Of a stretch of DNA of 59,719 bases, positions 53,321-59,719 are shown in pieces. The notes under the pieces are model-generated. The model ran no database searches. It worked only from the letters and a program-made list of their open reading frames with translations, and was not told the DNA's origin. Both the position numbers and the translations under genes were made by a program. Origin of the DNA: Chiloscyllium plagiosum (taxonomy: Eukaryota); assembly GCF_004010195.1 (NCBI RefSeq), contig NC_057718.1, positions 20,996,157 through 21,055,875 of the forward strand, in the 5' to 3' direction. Position 1 is the stretch's first letter; each line of letters opens with the position of its first letter.

Positions 53321-54144
53321 TACTTAACATGAAAAAGGTTAAGTCAGTGAAAAAGTAATAGTCTGCAATAAAAATCAAAACTCTAAAAATAGCCACATTC
53401 CAGTAAGATAATGATGTAGTACTGCTTGGGAACTTCCTTTTCGCAACTATATTGGACTTTTTGTGGTAAATAGTAAATTTATTTTCACTTGCAACAGAGA
53501 AATCTGCACTTTCATCTTTAAACTAATAAACCTTTCCTAAGCTGCTGAATGTATTATAATACTCATTAATAGTATTCAATATCAGTCCAACAGACTCAAA
53601 TGTCAGGGCATATTAAATTCATTGAGCTAAAGCTCAATTAATTGAATTGTTTATATACCAACACTGAGTTTCGTATTCTACTGAAAAAGGTGAAATTCAA
53701 TATTGACAAACACAAAACATTGAATACAGCAAGAAACAGAATTGGTATAGCAAAGTACTACAAGATAATATTGAAAAAAAGATCTAATCATCTCAGTCGA
53801 CACAACTCAATATGTCGTCACTTTAGAGCAGCAAACGAGCTAATAGAATAGTGAATTACCTATCCAAGACATTAAGACAAGAAACATTATTTGAACTGTG
53901 TCTTTCATGCTCTCAGGAAACTTTTTATCCATCAACAGTTTAAAAATGAAGTCACTAGGTCACAAAGCATAGTAGCCAATCTTGCCAGCAGTATTTCTGA
54001 AACAGTAAATAAACAGATTTATTTCTGATAGATGAATAAATGTTGGTCATGATATCAGGAGAATCTGGTCTTCTGTGACTAGTGCTAAGTTAGCTTTTAG
54101 GTCCAGCTCCATAGGAAACAGTGGACCAGCTAAATTTTCCCATA

Positions 54145-54376
54145 CAGGTCATTCTGCTACAATGTGCACTTCATCAGTGTGAATTAGCTATAACACAACT
54201 GATGAATTGTGGATGTTGTTTGGATAAAACAAACTTTCTTCTGAACTGGTATAGCTATTTTTTTTTATTAGCGATCTTCTCCAGCATGATTTTCTATAGT
54301 GGCGTTCCATAGCGCAATTTTCTATAGCACGAGTTTGCAGAGGAACACAACTGTTGCAATATAGCGAAATGACCTG
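54145..54376. mobile_element. 232-bp Tc1/mariner-type MITE
   Basis: TA|CAGGTCATTCTGCTACA...TATAGCGAAATGACCTG|TA: TIRs match 14/17 and TA is duplicated on both sides. Confidence 0.8.
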
Positions 54377-54489
54377 TACCCAATTTGACAGAAGCAAAGG
54401 TGGGATCAGGAAAAAAAAATGGCTACTGTGCTTCCACTCCAGTTTCTAAATCCCCCACGTTTGAAGGGGAGACACCAGTTTCTGAGATA

Positions 54490-54794
54490 TTTTTAAATGA
54501 ACCTTTTCAGAAATGCGATTACAGATCTCAGGAACAGGTGGGAATAGAATCCAGGCCTCCAAACTTACAGGCAGAGATACAATTACTGTACCATACAGCC
54601 CTAAAAAAAAAACACCCTTACATATGCACAGCCGATCACACAGAGATCAATCAAGTGTGCAGGCTCTGAACAGGCCTGCTCCTATTGAGAAATTAATTTA
54701 CAGATATTTTCTCATCACCTTTGGAGCAGGTGAGACTTGAATTCAGGCCTCTTTGTCCAGGGTAAAGACACTACCATTATGCCACAAAAACCCT
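54490..54794 (-). mobile_element. Two tandem tRNA-like SINE heads
   Basis: Reverse complements AGGG...TGGCATAATGGTAGTGTC...TTCAAGTCTCACCTG (from 54794) and AGGGCTGTATGGTACAGT...TTCTATTCCCACCTG (from 54602). Confidence 0.45.
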
Positions 54795-56139
54795 AGGAGT
54801 TGATTTATATCATTGTACACAATTTAGAGTTCACCTGTTCCAAAAGATATGTCATTTTTAATGAGACAGTCAAATAGCAAAATCTGTTGATACAAGTGAT
54901 ATGAGTCATGTCATAGAGGCAGGAAGTATGATAAAAATATTGTCATGCCTCACTGAGGTAGCACACTGAAAAACAACGCCTACTACTCCTGGAATGGTAT
55001 CAAATGTTAAAAAAAGGTTATCAAAGTACACCAAGCCCCCAATTTACCTGTCAGTTAGACCCAGGTTAAACAAAAATTTGGACCACGTTTTTGGACTTAA
55101 AAAGTATTACTATTTATTTAAAAGAAATAGATTTCAATCACAGGTGATCCAACTAAGAACTGCCAACATATAACTCTCCAAGTTAAAACTCTTGACCACA
55201 TATACATGCTAAAGAAAAATTGGCGTTATAGGTGGAAGGAAAAATGGGGAAATCAGTTCAATTACCAGTTCACAGGGTTCACTGAGATGTTTTTTTGCTT
55301 CTCTGGATTTCCTGTTCTTCAATCTCTTTTCACACCATCACAAGATGGACTGGTGATTAACACAAACTGTAAAGTCACTTATTCACTGGTTAGAGGCCAT
55401 AGCTGACACAACTGGTGAAGAAAAATAAATAAACTGGCTTTCTGCAGTCTTTAGTATTTCATTCGAGAGAAAGACAGACCATCTGCTCATTGCAGCAGTC
55501 CAAAGGCTTCTATTGTGCACACTCACAAGCTGTTCAGCAATCCAGGAGCCAATCACATAATTTGGCTTTTGTGGATTAAATTTAAAATTTTAGAGAAGCT
55601 CTGCTTTTGATCACACTGTGCAAACATACTCAATGTCTTACTTTCACCAACCATAGTCTGAAGAGGGAGCTGGCACGGGGCAGGGTGAGACTAGGCACAC
55701 GGACACACAGATGGCCACTGAGCCATCAGTTGGCCAACTTAACACATAAGTTGGCTGCCGGATCACAACGTGGAGAGAAACAGCAGAGCAGATACAGTCA
55801 CTGCCTGGGGCCACCAGAGTACCAGAACAACGCACTCACATTGATTAGTTTAAGGCGGGTGGGGGAGAGAATACACATGAGCAACGTACACTGCCTGCCG
55901 AAGTATCTGGGTCCAACCAACATCTCTTATAGTAATGCTAATAGCTTAACACAGACTCAATAAGAAATGCTAACAGCCAGGGCTGCAGTAATTGTCCTTC
56001 TCAGGAAGAGCGATTAGCGCCCATTACCACAGCAATGGATTTCCATGCAGACATTGAAACTAGCAATGTCTACTTTGAAACTGATAATGACCATAGTGAA
56101 ATTAACGAAGGCTGTAGTGGAACTGATAAAGACTGCATC

Positions 56140-56680
56140 GACACCCGCACCAATCAACCACACTGCCCTGTGGCCCAACATTTCAACTCCCCCGCCCACT
56201 CTGCCGAGGACATGGAGGTCTCCTTCACCGCCACTCCCTCACCACCAGATGCTTGGAGGAAGAACGTTTCATCTTCCACCTCTGAACACTTCAACCCCAG
56301 GGCATCAATGTGGACTTCAACAGTTTCCTCATTTCCCCTGCCCCCACCTCACCCTAGTTCCAAACTTTCATCTCAGCACTGTCCCCATGACTTGTCCTAC
56401 CTGCCTATCTTCTTTTCCACCTATCCACTCCACCCTCCTCCCTGACTTATCACCTTCATCCCCTGCCCCACTCACCCATTGTACTCCATGATACTTTCTC
56501 CCCACCCCCACATTCCTCTAGCTTATCTCTCCACGCTTCAGGCTCTCTGCCTTTATTCCTGATGAAGGGCTTTTGCCCGAAACGTCGATTTTACTGCTCC
56601 TCGGATGCTGCCTGAACTGCTGTGCTCTTCCAGCACCACTAATCCAGAATCTGGTTTCCAGCATCTGCAGTCATAGTTTC
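56140..56680 (+). mobile_element. Penelope-like element family A 3' fragment
   Basis: PVAQHFNSPAHSAEDMEV and LEEERFIFHL GIY-YIG remnants, C-rich UTR, hammerhead and tail. Confidence 0.85.
56554..56591 (+). ncRNA. Minimal type I hammerhead ribozyme motif with canonical core
   Basis: CUGAUGA 56559-56565, A, GGGC(UUUU)GCCC 56567-56578, GAAAC 56579-56583, GUC 56584-56586. Stem III is reduced to the palindrome ACGU. Confidence 0.75.
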
Positions 56681-56689
56681 GATACAGTC

Positions 56690-57178
56690 TTTAGATTCGT
56701 TTCCAGATGTTTCATCACTATACTAGGTAACATCTTCAGTGAGCCTCCGGGTGAAGCATGGTGGCATAGTCCACTTTCTGTTTGTATGTTTAGGTTTCCT
56801 TGGGTTGGTGATGTAATTTCCTGTGGTGATGTCATTTCCTGTGGTAAATGGGATCCAAGTAAATGTGTTTGTTGATAGAGTTCTGGTTGGAATGCCATGC
56901 TTCGAGGAATTCTCGTCCGTGTCTCTGTTTGGCTTGTCCGAGGATGCATGTGTTGTTCCAGTTGAAGTGGTGTCCTTCCTCATCTGTATATAAGGATAGT
57001 AGTGAGAGTGGGTCATGTCTTTTTATGGCTATTTGATGCTACCAGTGCTTCACCCAGAGGCTCACTGATGATGTTACATAGTATGGTGACAAAATGTCTG
57101 AAAACGAACCTTCCAGATCATCGAGCAAACCTACATCCAGAACCTCAACCCGAGCTATAAATCTTCTCAAAACTTGCT
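56690..57178 (-). mobile_element. Second Penelope family (E): GIY-YIG C-terminus flanked by inverted pLTR copies, each with a hammerhead remnant
   Basis: Minus-strand open frame HQIAIKRHDPLSLLSLYTDEEGHHFNWNNTCILGQAKQRHGREFLEAWHSNQNSINKHIYLDPIYH (~57038-56841). Inverted arms 56696-56758 and 57046-57108. Confidence 0.82.
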
Positions 57179-57179
57179 A

Positions 57180-57545
57180 ATATCCATTCTTAGATAAGGG
57201 GATCAAAACTGTACATAATACTCTGTGTGAAGACTCCATAAATTGCACTAAGACATATTCACTTGTATATTCAAGCCTTTTCTTTAGATTAGATTCCCTA
57301 GAGTGTGGAAGCAGGCCATTCGGCCCAACAAGTCCACACTGACCCTCCGAAGAGTAACCCACCCAGACCCATTCACCTACCCTATAATTACCCCAAACTA
57401 ATGCAACTAACACTATGGGCAATAGGCCAACATACTTTTTGCCTTCTAAATCGCTTGCTTCACCTACATGTGGTCTTTTAGTGACTCATGAACAATAATG
57501 CCCACATCCATTTGGACATGTACATTTCTCAACCTCTCACTGGCA
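57180..57545 (-). mobile_element. CR1 fragment with inserted HE1 3' fragment (~57285-57423)
   Basis: Degenerate CR1 RT C-terminus on both sides of a TAGATTAGATTCCCTA SINE tail. Confidence 0.65.
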
Positions 57546-58830
57546 GGTGACAATGAGGGACAACAACTGGAGCAGTCAACTGAACTCTTGTTGTAAAGGA
57601 AGATCATCCTTGGTGAACAGAATGTTGTTGGGATATGAGAGCAGAGAGACAAAGGAATTCCTCAGCCCAATGTAATCAATGCAATCATTCCCTGTGAATA
57701 GTTTAAATAGCTCCTTGTTTGTCCTAAATTTGCCGTCCTTTTTGTAATGATGCTAGTGGAATGAAGAATTCTTGCTTCATGATCTCAGACTGAAAATGTC
57801 TTCAAATCTCATAATAATCGGAACATATGCCTAAGCACCTGTCATTGCACTGGTACTGAAATTTATGCATGATGTTGCTTAACTGTGGTAGATAGAACAT
57901 TTTTCTGGATTGAAGGGAACATCCTATTAGTCGTAAATATCACTTGGGTCACCATTGCATAATAGCAGGTGAAATTATTTGCTTGGCTTGTTGCTTGAAC
58001 TTTTTGAGAGTGTCTTTCTGGAACAATTTGAGGTCAGAACTGAAGAGAATGTTGGGGAGTACAAGTGAGAACAGAACAAAACAAAATGAAACAAAAGAGA
58101 TGTCTCAACTTCTTCTCGTGAGTTTGGTGTGCAGATATCAAAGAAAAAAGCACAGCTCTGTGCAATCCCAATTACTGCAATCGTATGTTTGTTTGTAATT
58201 TAGGCTTTTTGCATTTCCAGTAATCTGGAGGAGTTGTGAATCTCAGACAGAGACTTCTTGATTCACACAGCTAACTGTATATATGTTCAAGAGATGAAGA
58301 AGATACAGCAAGAGAAATGTTGGAGCAAAATCTGGTTTAAATCCTTTGTTGCTATTGTGGAGTACTTTTATGGATCTACTTTTTCCCAGCTGTTAAAATA
58401 AAGATTTGAGTTTATGTTGTGCTTTTTGTGAATTCATGATGTCCTGAAGTACTTTACAGCCAGCCACAAAAAGTACCTTTAAGGTGCATTTGCTGATGCA
58501 CTGTTGGATATTCTCAGTTAAAACCACTTCACATTACTTTTCAGAAATAGGAGTATGTGCTCACAGCCACACAGACCACTTGCCTCATCAGGTATGTGCT
58601 GATGACTTTTTTTCAAGTACATAAGCCACCTAGCCTAATCCCATGCTACCCATGCCCTTTAATATCCTCCTCTTGCAAAGAGATAGCCAGTTCCCTTTTA
58701 AATGGATTTATGAACCAGCAAAAACAAAAGGGAAAGAACATTCTGTACTATTTACATTGCTTGTAAATGCTTCCTTCTTTAAAACCTCCTTTTACTTCTT
58801 TTTATAAATACCTAATATTTATGCTCATTT

Positions 58831-59174
58831 GGTAGGCCATGACCTAATGGTATTATCACCAGACTGTTAATCCAGAGATCCAGAACATGTTCTGAGGACC
58901 CAGGTTCGAATCCCAGCACAACAGATGGTTGAATTTGAATCCAACAAAAATCTGGAATTAAGAGTCTAACGATGACCTTGAATCCATTGTCAATTGTTGG
59001 AAAAACCAAGCTGGTGCATTAATGCCCTTCAGGGAAGGAAACTGTCAACTGTACCTTCTCTGGCCTACATGTGACTCCAGATCAACAGCAATGTTGTTGA
59101 CTCTCAACTGCCCTCTGGGCAATTAGGGACGGGCAATTAATGCTGGCCTCATCCCATGAATAAATTTAAAAAAA
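58831..59174 (+). mobile_element. tRNA-headed bipartite SINE with family-B LINE tail
   Basis: A box-like TGACCTAATGG 58840-58850 and perfect B box GGTTCGAATCC 58903-58913. The 3' end GGCAATTAGGGACGGGCAAT...CATCCCATGAATAAA matches family-B tails. Confidence 0.8.
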
Positions 59175-59273
59175 GCTATTCTTCTCAATTCATGATCCTC
59201 TGTTAAATCACTCCTGGGCTCTCTCAGTTTCAATGAAAGGAATCTCAAGAATCTGCGAATAAGTGCGGGTTAT

Positions 59274-59368
59274 CCAAATGCGCTTTTGAGGTGGTTTTTA
59301 TCTGCAATCTAAAGAGGGCCAAATGCACCTTTGAGGTGGTTTTTATCTGCAATCTAAAGAGGGCCAAA
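59274..59368. repeat. Tandem duplication, 45-bp unit x2.1
   Basis: CCAAATGC(G/A)C(T/C)TTTGAGGTGGTTTTTATCTGCAATCTAAAGAGGG repeated with 2 mismatches. Confidence 0.92.
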
Positions 59369-59418
59369 ATTGTACTATATATTCCAAATGTAACCTATTC
59401 AAGGTAAATAATCTTCGA

Positions 59419-59719
59419 GGAGAAAGTGAGGACTGCAGATGCTGGAGATCAGAGCTGAAAATGTGTTGCTGGAAAAGCGCAGCAGGTCAGGCAGCATCCA
59501 GGGAGCAGGAGAATCGACGTTTCGGGCATGAGCCTTTCTTCAGGAATGAGGAAAGTGTGTCCAGCAGGCTAAGATAAAAGGTAAGGAGGAGGGACTTGCG
59601 GGAGGGGCGTTGGAAATGCGATAGGTGGAAGGAGGCCAAGGTGAGGGTGATAGGCTGGAGTGGGGTGGGGGCGGAGAGGTCAGGAAGAAGATTGCAGGTT
59701 CGGAAGGCGGTGCTGAGTT
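59419..59719 (-). mobile_element. Penelope-like element family A 3' end, running off the window; hammerhead motif at 59511-59548
   Basis: Near-identical to 42795-43090. Motif CUGAAGA-A-AGGC(UCAU)GCCC-GAAAC-GUC has one stem II mismatch. Confidence 0.88.

Noticed and set aside
59274..59368. CRISPR-like direct repeats
   Set aside because: Two adjacent 45-bp copies with no spacer, in vertebrate DNA: a simple tandem duplication.

Overview
Vertebrate genomic DNA, almost certainly from a cartilaginous fish (shark). This is inferred from HE1-type V-SINEs, a SacSINE1-like Deu-SINE and CR1/HER1-like LINEs; the species cannot be read from the sequence. The window lies inside the protein kinase D3 gene (PRKD3) on the minus strand. 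Five consecutive GT-AG exons with compatible phases (33084-32808, 18167-18115, 9957-9885, 7356-7250, 3936-3775; 672 nt, 224 codons) encode the C-terminal part of the PH domain, the linker and the first part of the kinase domain. The neighbouring exons were not found, so both ends of the gene lie outside the window. The rest is intron packed with transposon relics: CR1, an L2/CR1-like family, RTE, Tx1/L1, several Penelope-like element (PLE) families, tRNA-SINEs, TA-flanked MITEs and a probable solo LTR. Nearly all ORFs in the supplied track are TE debris or chance. The most notable observations are: (1) minimal hammerhead-ribozyme motifs in several distinct PLE tails, with short insertions that break at the ribozyme stem II; (2) a tRNA-headed LINE and a SINE that looks like its head-plus-tail deletion derivative; (3) a six-layer nested insertion; (4) an inverted HE1 SINE pair bracketing an in-frame kinase exon; (5) a perfect 23-bp foldback hairpin; (6) an NF-E2/GATA motif cluster. 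I see no proof of a wholly new system. These are testable leads, and TE boundaries are approximate, read by eye.
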